A stretch of 64,000 bases of DNA from Kiritimatiellia bacterium. Lineage in GTDB: Bacteria; Verrucomicrobiota; Kiritimatiellia; RFP12; UBA1067. A program made the position numbers and the translations under genes. Of the stretch, positions 39,501 through 47,614 are shown in pieces. The DNA lies in NCBI GenBank assembly GCA_050949565.1, contig JBMNFY010000017.1, forward strand, positions 448,001 through 512,000, written 5' to 3'. Within the stretch, counting starts at the first letter, position 1. Every line of letters starts with the position of its first letter. Under the pieces are notes generated by a model. The model ran no database searches and had not been told where the DNA came from. It saw only the letters and a program-made list of their open reading frames with translations.

Positions 39501-40429
39501 GCGACACGCCGCGCTGTCAGGCTGCGACCGTCCGCCAAGCGCGCGCGCACCAGCGGGGCGGGACGCGCCAGCAGTTCGCGTCCCGATGCCCGATTGCGTA
39601 GCGAGACCGCCTGTCCGGCGGCATCGATCGCCAGTTCGGCGTATCGGGTGCGGAAGCGGGCCTCGGGCGGTTCCGCAGATGCGGCTTCGTCCACCAGCAC
39701 ATACGCGGCGCTGGCGCGATCCTTTGGCGACGCAAGTGCCGCCACTTCCTCACCGGAGAAGGTACGCCCATAGATGCGCAGATCATCGAGCAGGCCGTGG
39801 TGCGAGACTGCCCCGAGCCAACCGCCCAGACGCAGCGCTTGCGCCTCGACCGGATACGACCACGTCGTGCGCCCGACCTGCTTGCCATTCACATAGGTAA
39901 CAAGATTCGGCAACGCGAAGGTCACGCAGAGGTGCGTCCAAGTCCGTTGCGGCAACTGATTGAGCAGAGGCACGCCGGTCTCGGTCCATTGCGGTCCCGC
40001 GCTTCCGGCGCGCGCACCGGGGCGACCGAGCCGGAACGAGCAGGCGGTATCAGAGACAAACAGCATCATGCCGCCCGGACTCCAGTTGTGCGAGGTCAGC
40101 AGGTTCGGGTAGCGGCGCGGCGCGGGATCTTCCCACGTGGCCCAGACGGAGAGAGTGAACTGCGTGGCACCGTTGAGTCCCGGCACAGGCGGCAACTCAG
40201 CAAAGGCATTGGTGCCGCCAAAGTGAACGGCGGTGCCGAACGTGCCGGTGGCCCACCGGAGCTGTGATAGATCAGCCTCCAGCAGATTGTCCGAGCGGTC
40301 GATGGCAAAAGTGCCGCGCCCTTCGTCAAACGGTAGCCAGAGCAACAACGACGGATCCACCGGCTCTGCGGCGTGTCCCCATGCGGCAAACAAACCGCAC
40401 ACCAGCATCATAACAAAGCGACCACGCAT
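36530..40429 (-). CDS. Large secreted LamG plus putative glycoside-hydrolase TIM-barrel protein
   Basis: 1299 aa, signal peptide, N-terminal LamG (WTHLCVTF...GLLDDLRIY), central region IHDAGLRAGIH...QLYFDGSE; GGAGG RBS. Confidence 0.8.
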   Translation of the reverse strand: MRGRFVMMLVCGLFAAWGHAAEPVDPSLLLWLPFDEGRGTFAIDRSDNLLEADLSQLRWATGTFGTAVHFGGTNAFAELPPVPGLNGATQFTLSVWATWEDPAPRRYPNLLTSHNWSPGGMMLFVSDTACSFRLGRPGARAGSAGPQWTETGVPLLNQLPQRTWTHLCVTFALPNLVTYVNGKQVGRTTWSYPVEAQALRLGGWLGAVSHHGLLDDLRIYGRTFSGEEVAALASPKDRASAAYVLVDEAASAEPPEARFRTRYAELAIDAAGQAVSLRNRASGRELLARPAPLVRARLADGRSLTARRVAAQGNRLTFSFPRGQGDAVLEVDARRDFLTFTVCALTLSNAVALTFCELPTAPATYHGGMANMLSDDIDAVCLRGYELPVETKIQGNALQVSTTAKHGLTGWRAGLAAGPKDQMPAMLREMALYAGVPFSRSGGPWALEAESARGSYLFADLAYAATDDWIEIARRGGFSTIHLHGWWQTLGHYAVRTNYYPRGLPDMQDAVARIHDAGLRAGIHTLTACIDPRDSWITPEASPHLIPFDSYTLARALSPTDTVLYVNEPPSARHDTVFTYSGNGNAIRIGSEIIQYTEISREQPYAFKACTRGAFKTRPAAHAAGAQADYLQQRYIAFYPQPDSPLADELSACIAHVFNTCKLDQLYFDGSEGMMSRYGIDAMRHNIMRRLNGDPVIEASCYGAHNWWFHSRLGTWDHPVWAAKLFHDDHVRVCERYRKTDLLGPQMGWWAPRMATSFARGHHLDEMEYFACKNLSLDAAMSIQGVNVNNAPLPVHLERQFTLLGWYEHLRLARYFDDATVARLVGAGAEFRLRQNADGEWRFTPVTMHTQRITGPDDGSAAWQVVNPAARQPLCVRVEALYTAAPTNAPGVKPLVSAEEFAAFKTTTASSVRLGVSEVTDDTRGGPRNLRLRAENRGTTVTGAWACATLTFPAPYRHIGGTGAFGLWVKGDGSGALLNLQLRCPREFMGAMSDHYVTLDFTGWRYVTLLARERDTARLDEFVWPYRGTGSHALFRTNLDMAHIAQVSLYLNAVPPGGGVDVIVSPVQALPVKPVKLDRPSLTVNGQRLTVPFTLASGEFAELEPDGIFTHYSERGEPLARVECAAEIWPDMRSGANALTCAGGRAEVSVTTFGEPFGTRRSRRAVDWTQLKREYEMPRVALASNDVGRVGWDVAVRPGERAALEIELCGAMAEPRLTIGGQTVHFPVTLKAGERLICRDRRSWRVLNAKREMLAEGRLSQDVPLLRSGTTRVAFTSAGHDRALIKLVKVYESPSLWPW

Positions 40430-40517
40430 ATTCCCTCCCCTTTTCCATTATCGAGTACCACTGTAGGATGTGCATTGTGCGGGGAATGCGCGAAGGATGC
40501 AAGCAGAAGTTGCGGCG

Positions 40518-40940
40518 TTACGGGGCTTCTTTTTCGCTGAGTTTTATGCCGTTCTCCTCACACCATTCCTGAAGCGCTTCGCGTTGGACTGCGTTTTCAT
40601 AATCATACCATTGTTGCAACAGACCGCGCTCCTCAAGGAAGTACTTGAACCGTGAGTAAGCACCGGCGCGCCTGAATATGTTGTAGGCCGCGTCTACAGC
40701 ATCCGGAATGGTCGCCCGGACAAAACGGAAAACCAACGACCGACCAAGATCAAGGTCGTTTTTGTTCGGGACATCGACGTATCGCTCCGGCTTACCGTCG
40801 GCTTCTTCGGGAATCTCGTCGATGTCATCCGACGCATAAAAGAATTGATCCGTAACCTTATCGTATACGGCTCGGTTCGTATCTTCAAAGTTACAGATCA
40901 CAAAATAGAACGCTGATTCCAGATCGTCATAAGTTGGCAT
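40518..40940 (-). CDS. UPF0158 family protein
   Basis: Acidic N-terminus, GAYSRFK..L....LLQQWYDYE, EWCEENGI; GGAGG/GGAG RBS. Confidence 0.8.
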   Translation of the reverse strand: MPTYDDLESAFYFVICNFEDTNRAVYDKVTDQFFYASDDIDEIPEEADGKPERYVDVPNKNDLDLGRSLVFRFVRATIPDAVDAAYNIFRRAGAYSRFKYFLEERGLLQQWYDYENAVQREALQEWCEENGIKLSEKEAP

Positions 40941-41016
40941 ACACTCCGCCTCCGATTAAGAATTTAACTGCCTGTGCCGCCGCCGGTGGCGGCGTCAGCC
41001 GACAGTCAGGGTCAGA

Positions 41017-41046
41017 ACCGTACACTGGTAAGAATCCGTGTGTCAA
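41017..41046 (-). promoter_or_regulatory. Candidate sigma70 promoter for the UPF0158 gene
   Basis: Minus strand TTGACA-18nt-TACGGT, with TG just before the -10. Confidence 0.35.
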
Positions 41047-41109
41047 GGCCAAAGGATTCTCAACGCACGATTCCTAACCATGAAAAACATTTTTACACGC
41101 TGCCCAGCC

Positions 41110-41462
41110 ACCGTACTCCGGCTCTTGTCATCGTCTTGCGAAGCGCTGGGAGGGGCAAGCGTCTGCTTGCCCGCGGACGAGCGACGCTCGTCCCTCCCAT
41201 CCTTCCGCGTAGCGGAAGACGGCTCGTGAGGACATTCGCCCTCAAGCTTCGCGCCTCCGCATGAAACAACCGAGCAACGCTTTTGCTCTCACGGTTGCAA
41301 ACCACTGCGTGGCCGCAACAAGAGAGATTGACCCGCGACGTTCGACCCGCGACCTGCGGCTGGAGCAACCCACAAAACAACCTCCGCGCTCTGCGTTAAA
41401 TAAACCCGAGCCATGCCCCCCAAAAAACTCCGTGCCTCTGTGCCTTCGTGTGCGAAACAACA
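41110..41462. repeat. Modular intergenic repeat mosaic
   Basis: GGGAGGGGCAAGCGTCTGCTTGCCCGCGGACGAGCGACGCTCGTCCCTCCC (as at 10579 and 14876), GACCCGCGACGTTCGACCCGCGAC (as at 54257), and linker/triplet modules at 41380-41455. Confidence 0.85.
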
Positions 41463-41547
41463 TAACTCCTCATGTGCCGCTTGCATCGCTGGGTGCGGTT
41501 TGTTACTGTTCGCCTGTGTGTAAAAATGGAGACGGGGAGGGAGCGGG

Positions 41548-42819
41548 ATGAGGCGGATTATCGTTGGTGCGTGTGTCACAATTGCAGCGTGGATCGCGCT
41601 GGGTGCGGAAACGCCGAACTGGCCGCAATGGCGCGGTCCGGAGGGTACGGGAATCGCAGCGCCGGGAACGTATCCAGTGACATTTTCCGCTGCGGAGGGC
41701 GTGCTATGGAAATCTGCCCTGCCCGGCAAGGGCTGTTCGACGCCACTCGTCTGGGGTGAGTGCATCGTGCTGACCGCCGCTGCCGGCGAGGGGACCAACG
41801 GTCTTGACTGCGCCGTCTGCTTTGAGTGGACGACCGGCAAAAAGCTGTGGCAAACGGAACTGGGCCAGCAACGCCCCGGACGTCACCGTCGTGGCAGCGG
41901 CAGCAACCCGTCGCCAGTGACCGACGGAACGCGCGTCTATGTCTACTTCAAGAGCGGAACACTGGCCGCGCTCGACTTCAAGGGAACCCTGCTCTGGCAG
42001 ACCAACCTTCAGCAACGCTACGGCAAGGACTCGCTCTGGTGGGATCTCGGCACCAGTCCTGTTCTGGCGGGCGGCCTTCTGGTGGTGGCGGTCATGCAAG
42101 AGGGCAACTCCTATGTGGTGGCTGTGGATCCGGCGACCGGCAACGAGGTCTGGAAGAAAGCACGCGAATATCCGGGGCGCGAGGAAACACGCCAAAGCTA
42201 CACCACGCCCCTTGTGGTCCGAGCGGAGGGGCGCGACACAGTGGTGATCTGGGGAGCGGACCACCTGACAGGCAACGATGCGGCGACCGGCGACCTGCTG
42301 TGGCAGTGCGGCGGTTTCAATCCAGAGAACAAGTCGGTCTGGCGCGTGATCGCCTCACCTACGTTGGAGCGGGGTATCGCCGTCGTGCCGTACGGACGTG
42401 AGCAGTTCGTGGCGGGGGTCAGGATCGGCAGCAACGGCGACATCACCGCCACCGCGCGCCTGTGGGAAAAGCGCGGGATGGGCACGGACGGGGCTTCGCC
42501 GGTCGCGTTCAACGGCAAGACCTGTTTTGTCAATTTCAAGGGCAAGATGTGGTGCCTGGATCTGGAAACCGGCAACGAGCTATGGTCGACCATGCTGCCC
42601 AAAGGCAAGGGGGTCTTTTACAGCTCGCCGGTGTTGGCGGGCGACACGCTCTACCTGTGCCGCGAAGAGGGCGATGTCTATGTCTGCCGCGTCAAAGACG
42701 ACGGCCTTACCGTATTGAACCAGACGAAGTTTGACGATGTTTTCGTGGCATCGCCGGTATTGCTGAGAAATCGGTTGTTGCTGCGTGGCGAAAAGCATCT
42801 GTGGTGCATCGGCAAATAG
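41548..42819 (+). CDS. PQQ-binding-like beta-propeller (BamB-like) secreted protein
   Basis: NWPQWRGP, repeated SP.../G..LW motifs; typical PVC family. Confidence 0.88.
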   Translation: MRRIIVGACVTIAAWIALGAETPNWPQWRGPEGTGIAAPGTYPVTFSAAEGVLWKSALPGKGCSTPLVWGECIVLTAAAGEGTNGLDCAVCFEWTTGKKLWQTELGQQRPGRHRRGSGSNPSPVTDGTRVYVYFKSGTLAALDFKGTLLWQTNLQQRYGKDSLWWDLGTSPVLAGGLLVVAVMQEGNSYVVAVDPATGNEVWKKAREYPGREETRQSYTTPLVVRAEGRDTVVIWGADHLTGNDAATGDLLWQCGGFNPENKSVWRVIASPTLERGIAVVPYGREQFVAGVRIGSNGDITATARLWEKRGMGTDGASPVAFNGKTCFVNFKGKMWCLDLETGNELWSTMLPKGKGVFYSSPVLAGDTLYLCREEGDVYVCRVKDDGLTVLNQTKFDDVFVASPVLLRNRLLLRGEKHLWCIGK

Positions 42820-42831
42820 GAGGACAACAAC

Positions 42832-43059
42832 ATGCAAAATGACGAACCCATTTGCGTTGCGACCTATCCAAGCGAGATTGAGGCGGAGACGGCCAGGATG
42901 AAACTTGGGATGGCGGGCATCGATGCCCTCATCGCTAAGGATGATTGCGGTGGGATGCGCCCCTATTTGCAAACGACAACTGGCGTACGTCTTATGGTTA
43001 GAACCAAAGATGCTGAAACCGCCGAAAGTCTTTTGGCTCAAGTAAATGATAATGGATGA
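42832..43059 (+). CDS. DUF2007 family small protein
   Basis: EAETARMKLGMAGI...GVRLMV...DAETAESLL; GGAGGA RBS. Confidence 0.75.
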   Translation: MQNDEPICVATYPSEIEAETARMKLGMAGIDALIAKDDCGGMRPYLQTTTGVRLMVRTKDAETAESLLAQVNDNG

Positions 43060-43346
43060 TCATGTCTAGCCATCGACGACACCCAACGTTGCTCCCGACT
43101 CTCTGCTCCCCTTTTCACCAGAAACGCATGATCCTCGCGTGCCCCCTGTCACTAACCGATTACAGGGTGAACCATAGGAGAAACACATGACTTTGGACGA
43201 CGCGCCGGTAACACGATCAATCTTCCATCCCCGGGGGGAGGACTATGGGTATGTCCCGCAAGGCATGCTGACAGAAACACAGTGCCAAGGCGCCACGGTG
43301 TGTGGCTACCCCAAAATGTATATCCAAGATGAAATTTCAAGGTGAT

Positions 43347-43447
43347 GATTAATCGTCAATTGACTGCAACCGTCCGAGCGATTAGCATGGCCGTATCGTG
43401 TGGGCTCGGTCCGCCTTCGCGAGGTGGATTCAGTAACGCCGTTAGCC
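43347..43447 (+). mobile_element. Degenerate attC-like site 1
   Basis: Ends in GTTAGCC (GTTRRRY-like) 15 bp before a cassette ATG. TTGACTG/CAGTAA and CCGAGC/GCTCGG arms. The left core GATTAAT is degenerate. Confidence 0.5.
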
Positions 43448-43462
43448 ATCAGAGGAAATGAG

Positions 43463-44026
43463 ATGAAATCTTTTGTCCGGTATCTCTTGGTCGGCCTATT
43501 GTCATCTGTGTGCGGAGCTATTGTTGCACACAAAATCATATGGCAACAAATCCGGTCTCGAGTTGTTCCGTTTGACCGAACGCGCTACGACAACCTGTGT
43601 ATTGATCCGGCTTTTTTCGAACCCCAATTCAATTTTATTTTTCAAGGAACAAACCAAGTTTTCTGGACGCCTTCCCGGCAAGGGTCGAATGCGATCAAGC
43701 CGATCTACGATGATTTAGAGAAAGCTTTGAAACGCTGGGCCGGATACACAACAAACTTCCATTTTGTCGTATCCTTCAGTCCAGAGTTTTCAATTGCTCA
43801 GATCGAAAACATATCTCAGCTTTTTCGTGAAATAGGATTCCCCCCAATTCGGCACCTAATCGAGGACAACTGGGATGCAGAAAACAAAAGGAACCGCCGA
43901 TTTAGAGAGTTAAGAATCGGAAGGGAAGGCACGTTTTACTGGTACACCAAAGAATGGCATATCGATGAGGAGCAGAAAAAGGCCAGCCGCCCCCAGAGGA
44001 AGGTTAATCGTGAGACAAAACAATGA
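43463..44026 (+). CDS. Hypothetical membrane-anchored protein (gene cassette 1)
   Basis: Low GC, N-terminal hydrophobic helix, bounded by attC-like sites. Confidence 0.7.
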   Translation: MKSFVRYLLVGLLSSVCGAIVAHKIIWQQIRSRVVPFDRTRYDNLCIDPAFFEPQFNFIFQGTNQVFWTPSRQGSNAIKPIYDDLEKALKRWAGYTTNFHFVVSFSPEFSIAQIENISQLFREIGFPPIRHLIEDNWDAENKRNRRFRELRIGREGTFYWYTKEWHIDEEQKKASRPQRKVNRETKQ

Positions 44027-44030
44027 AGGT

Positions 44031-44101
44031 ACCTAACCCGGTGGCACAACTAACCGCCATTCGCCTTCGAATCCGGTGGCGGTTGGTTACCGACGTTATG
44101 C
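44031..44101 (+). mobile_element. attC-like site 2
   Basis: ACCTAAC ... GTTATGC, with internal arms AACTAACCGCCA and TGGCGGTTGGTT (11/12 complementary); 71 bp. Confidence 0.7.
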
Positions 44102-44111
44102 GAGAAGAAGT

Positions 44112-44843
44112 ATGAAAACGATCTTCAGACAACTACTACTCTGTGCGATCGCTTGTCTCGGCAGCGGTTCTCGTGCTGATGATGACAAGGCGTTCAACAA
44201 CAACTTTGCCGAAGCCGAATCACGGCACTATTACAGGGAAAGAGATCGCTGGCCGACGAACCTTGCGGACTTGGCTTCGTTTTCGAAAGCAAGATACAAA
44301 AACAGCAACCTTTTCCCTCGGTTCTCCCCCGAAGACTATCGTACCGTCGGTTTCACAAATCTTGCTAACGGCGATCTTCAACTCACGCTAACGTCGCACT
44401 CAGGAAAATCGCAAGTCCGAGTCTGTAAAAGACCCCCGACCACGGCGACAGCGGTCATCCAGCAAGAGGGATATCTCATCGTTCAAGACGGCAGTTCTTT
44501 CTACTATTTCGATAAGGAGAACACCTTCTTTAGTGGTCCGTTAGACGGTTGGTGTGGACGGGCTATTCGGGGGAACTATCGGACAATAGCCCCCTGGTCA
44601 TTTACAGCAGAGGGCACAATGACTTATTTCAATCGTCCCTGTACGCCAACACGATACCGGATGAAAATGGAAGTCAACTCTGTGGAGCGGGACAGCGAAC
44701 CCTTTGATTTCAGAATATTGATCCCCTTCGTGGGATATCAGCAGAAAGGGCAACAACCATTCCCGACCAATCCAGTCGTTCATAAGGCGTACTTTGCCTT
44801 TGACAGTTTGATCCCCGTTGAGGAACAGGAGAAAGCACCCTAA
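44112..44843 (+). CDS. Hypothetical secreted protein (gene cassette 2)
   Basis: Signal peptide, low GC. The stop codon lies inside the CCCTAAC core of the next attC. Confidence 0.7.
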   Translation: MKTIFRQLLLCAIACLGSGSRADDDKAFNNNFAEAESRHYYRERDRWPTNLADLASFSKARYKNSNLFPRFSPEDYRTVGFTNLANGDLQLTLTSHSGKSQVRVCKRPPTTATAVIQQEGYLIVQDGSSFYYFDKENTFFSGPLDGWCGRAIRGNYRTIAPWSFTAEGTMTYFNRPCTPTRYRMKMEVNSVERDSEPFDFRILIPFVGYQQKGQQPFPTNPVVHKAYFAFDSLIPVEEQEKAP

Positions 44844-44893
44844 CAAAATGGCGGAATCGACGGAACACCGCCGTCTCACCGCTGATGTTCGAA
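44838..44893 (+). mobile_element. attC-like site 3
   Basis: CCCTAAC ... GTTCGAA with GCGG/CCGC and GACGG/CCGTC arms; 56 bp; next ATG 3 bp downstream. Confidence 0.65.
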
Positions 44894-44896
44894 ACA

Positions 44897-45409
44897 ATGA
44901 AAAAGATTGTGATAGTAGCCCTGTTTTGTACGGTAGGGAGCGCGGCATTCGCTACTTCCCAAGTTCCAGAGGTGCTGGTATACGGCGGCACCACCAATGA
45001 CCTCTACACAACCCCACTCGAATCACTCTTCCCGGCAGGCAGTCCAAAAGTGTTTATTAATAAGAGGCCGCCCTCTACAGCCTGTTGGCGCGGCTATGTC
45101 GGCACATGGAAGATTGAGAACGACGAACTGTACCTCGTTGCTCTTCGGGAGGGACATCCCCGAACCGGAGCCATTCCGCTCGACAAGGTCAACCCGCAGT
45201 GGAAATCGCCCGTCAAGGCGACCTGGTTCTCCGGGACTCTTCGCATTGGCAGGGGCAAGGTCCTCATGGGCGGCATGGGATTCAGCGAGAAACGGGAAAT
45301 CGACATCTTTCTGGAGATCAAGGAAGGCAAAGTCGTCTCGACTCGGCAGGTCGATCACACAAAAGAAAAAGGAACTGCCGAAACGGAAAGTGAATCCGTA
45401 CGCAAGTAA
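44897..45409 (+). CDS. Conserved hypothetical secreted protein (gene cassette 3)
   Basis: Signal peptide; TSQVPE, STACWRGYVGTWKIENDELYL and KATWFSGTLRI motifs of a recurring hypothetical family. Confidence 0.75.
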   Translation: MKKIVIVALFCTVGSAAFATSQVPEVLVYGGTTNDLYTTPLESLFPAGSPKVFINKRPPSTACWRGYVGTWKIENDELYLVALREGHPRTGAIPLDKVNPQWKSPVKATWFSGTLRIGRGKVLMGGMGFSEKREIDIFLEIKEGKVVSTRQVDHTKEKGTAETESESVRK

Positions 45410-45544
45410 ACCGATCATACCGACATCCCATCGTCTTGGACGAACTTTGGGAAGAAACTCCTGTACCATTTGGAGTTTGGGCCGAGGTAAGGAGGGCCCC
45501 AACCACGGCCAGTTACTGAACCGGCCACAACTAGCGTTGCTCCT

Positions 45545-45720
45545 CTTGATAACGCAGAGACGCGGAGACGCAGAGATTTTTACGGGATGACGTCGTGACC
45601 GCCGCCGGTCAAGCAGACGCTTGACCCTCCCGGCGCTTCGCAAGCCGGATCATAGATCGGGAGGGCGAGCGTCCGCGCGAGCCGCCTTCCGCGCCACGCG
45701 CGGAGGGGCGGCGTCCCTTT
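45545..45720. repeat. Modular intergenic repeat mosaic
   Basis: AACGCAGAGACGCGGAGACGCAGAG triplet plus a module nearly identical to 36368-36452. Confidence 0.85.
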
Positions 45721-45816
45721 GAAATTCGCCTATTTTACTTTGAGGCTTGACCATTCTCTCCCCCCTCTCACATAATCGGCACCGACCACGGGGAACTTAA
45801 CCGGAGAGGAGTCCAG

Positions 45817-47520
45817 ATGCGGAATCTCGTACGAAGCATGGGTGTGTTGTTTGTCTTGACGTTCTGTGCCCGCATGGCCTGCGGCGCGGAAGGCAGGGTG
45901 TTTCTCGATACAAACAGTAACGGCACGGCCGATGCCGCCGAGCCCGGGATCGCCGGGGTGGCGGTGAGTGACGGCGTGCAGGTTGTCGTTTCCGACGCAC
46001 AGGGCCGCTTCCGGCTGGACACGACCGATCCGGACGCCTGCATCTGGATCTCGGTCCCGCGCGACCACGCACCCTCCGGCGCGTTCTGGCGGCGTGTCGA
46101 AAGCGGAAAGCCGCTGGATTTCGGTTTGACGGCCAAGCCTCAAGATGAGGCGTTCACCTTCGTGCAGTTGACGGACACGCATGTCGGGCGCGCCGATCTG
46201 GTGATCGCCTTCGCCAAACAGCTCGCACGGCTGCCCCATCCTTTTGCCTTCGCCATCAACACCGGTGATCTGGTGGGAGGCGTGGACGTGGTGCCGCCCG
46301 AAAAGGCGCAGGAGCAGTATGATCGGTACCTCACGGCGGCTGCGGCCTTTGAGCTGCCGCTCTTCCATCTGCCGGGCAATCATGAGCATGTGGCTTTCAA
46401 CACGCCGAATCCCGACAAGTCACATCCCTTCTACGGCAAGGGACTCTACCGCCGCGTGTTTGGCCCGACCTACTATTCGTGGGCATGGGCCGGGGTGCAT
46501 TGCGTGGCTTTGGATGGTACGTCGCTGCCGTATCAGGAGCGGTTGGGCACCAACCAACTCGCCTGGCTGGCGGCGGACCTGAAATTGATCCCGACCGACC
46601 GGCCGCTCCTGCTCTTCTGCCATCAGTCGCTATCGACGCTGCGCGATGCCAAGCAGTTGACGGAGCTGCTGCAAGGCCGCCGCGTGCTGGGCGCATTCTG
46701 TGGCCATCTGCATCGGACATTCACCACGAGCTTGGGCGACATCCCAGTGTATCACAGCGGCGCGATGAGCGGCGCGTGGTGGAGCGGCCCGAACATCGAC
46801 GGCACGCCGCAGGGGTTCCGCGTCGTTCAAGTAAAAGGCAACTCGCTAAAGACGGCGTACTTCAGCCGCGAAGGTGATACGCCGATCTCACTTGTCTCGC
46901 CGCTGGCCACCAGCGTGCAGCAGGGCGAGATCACATTCGAGGCCGTCGTGCTGGACTTTGGCCGCGCGGTGGAGATGAGCGCCGTGTTTGACGAAAAGCC
47001 GGTGACACTGACGCAAACCGGGCGCGAAGAATTGTGGTCGCGCTGGTGCGGCACGCTGGACACGCGTCAGGCGTTTGACGGCGACCGCGTGCTGGCCTTC
47101 ACGGCGAAACAGGGCGAGGCGGTCAGTCGTTCTACGGTCCGCTACTTGGTGGAGAATGGACGCCCGCAGGCGTACCAAGCGACAGCACCGGCGACGCTCT
47201 CCTTGCAGGTGCGGGGCGTCGACGGTACGTGCCCGGTTCTCTTCAACGGCGAGCCGCTCGGCACGATCCCGGCCGGGACCACCAACGAATGTGTGCTCAC
47301 ATTTCCCATCGATCAGGCGCGGCTCGCCAAGCTGAACCGCGTCACGATCCGAGCGGGCAAGCAGGGACCCGGCGGCGACCGTTTCAGCGCGGGGCCGGTT
47401 TGGCTCTCTTACGGCGGCAAGAAGATGTATGACCTGAGGTACGCATCTTTTGAGCGGCACACCATCGCGGGGGATGAGCCCGCGCGCGTTGAAAAAGTGT
47501 TGTATTATTGCCTGCCCTGA
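45817..47520 (+). CDS. Secreted calcineurin-like metallophosphoesterase with N- and C-terminal accessory domains
   Basis: GRVFLDTNSNG..D..EPGI, DTH, TGDL, PGNHE, GHLH, GAWWSGP..DGTPQG. Confidence 0.88.
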   Translation: MRNLVRSMGVLFVLTFCARMACGAEGRVFLDTNSNGTADAAEPGIAGVAVSDGVQVVVSDAQGRFRLDTTDPDACIWISVPRDHAPSGAFWRRVESGKPLDFGLTAKPQDEAFTFVQLTDTHVGRADLVIAFAKQLARLPHPFAFAINTGDLVGGVDVVPPEKAQEQYDRYLTAAAAFELPLFHLPGNHEHVAFNTPNPDKSHPFYGKGLYRRVFGPTYYSWAWAGVHCVALDGTSLPYQERLGTNQLAWLAADLKLIPTDRPLLLFCHQSLSTLRDAKQLTELLQGRRVLGAFCGHLHRTFTTSLGDIPVYHSGAMSGAWWSGPNIDGTPQGFRVVQVKGNSLKTAYFSREGDTPISLVSPLATSVQQGEITFEAVVLDFGRAVEMSAVFDEKPVTLTQTGREELWSRWCGTLDTRQAFDGDRVLAFTAKQGEAVSRSTVRYLVENGRPQAYQATAPATLSLQVRGVDGTCPVLFNGEPLGTIPAGTTNECVLTFPIDQARLAKLNRVTIRAGKQGPGGDRFSAGPVWLSYGGKKMYDLRYASFERHTIAGDEPARVEKVLYYCLP

Positions 47521-47614
47521 GCAGGCGCGGAATGGGCGGGGCGTATCTCCGGCCATCGTATGTGAGGGTGACAGAACGAGAACAGACCGACGCTTCAAGA
47601 AAGGAGAGTGAACC

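Noticed and set aside
40960-41016. attC-like hairpin before the UPF0158 gene (minus strand TTCTGAC...GCCGCCACCGGCGGCGGC...GTTAAAT)
   Set aside because: The left core lacks AAC, no partner site follows the gene, and a plausible promoter lies directly upstream. Too weak to call.
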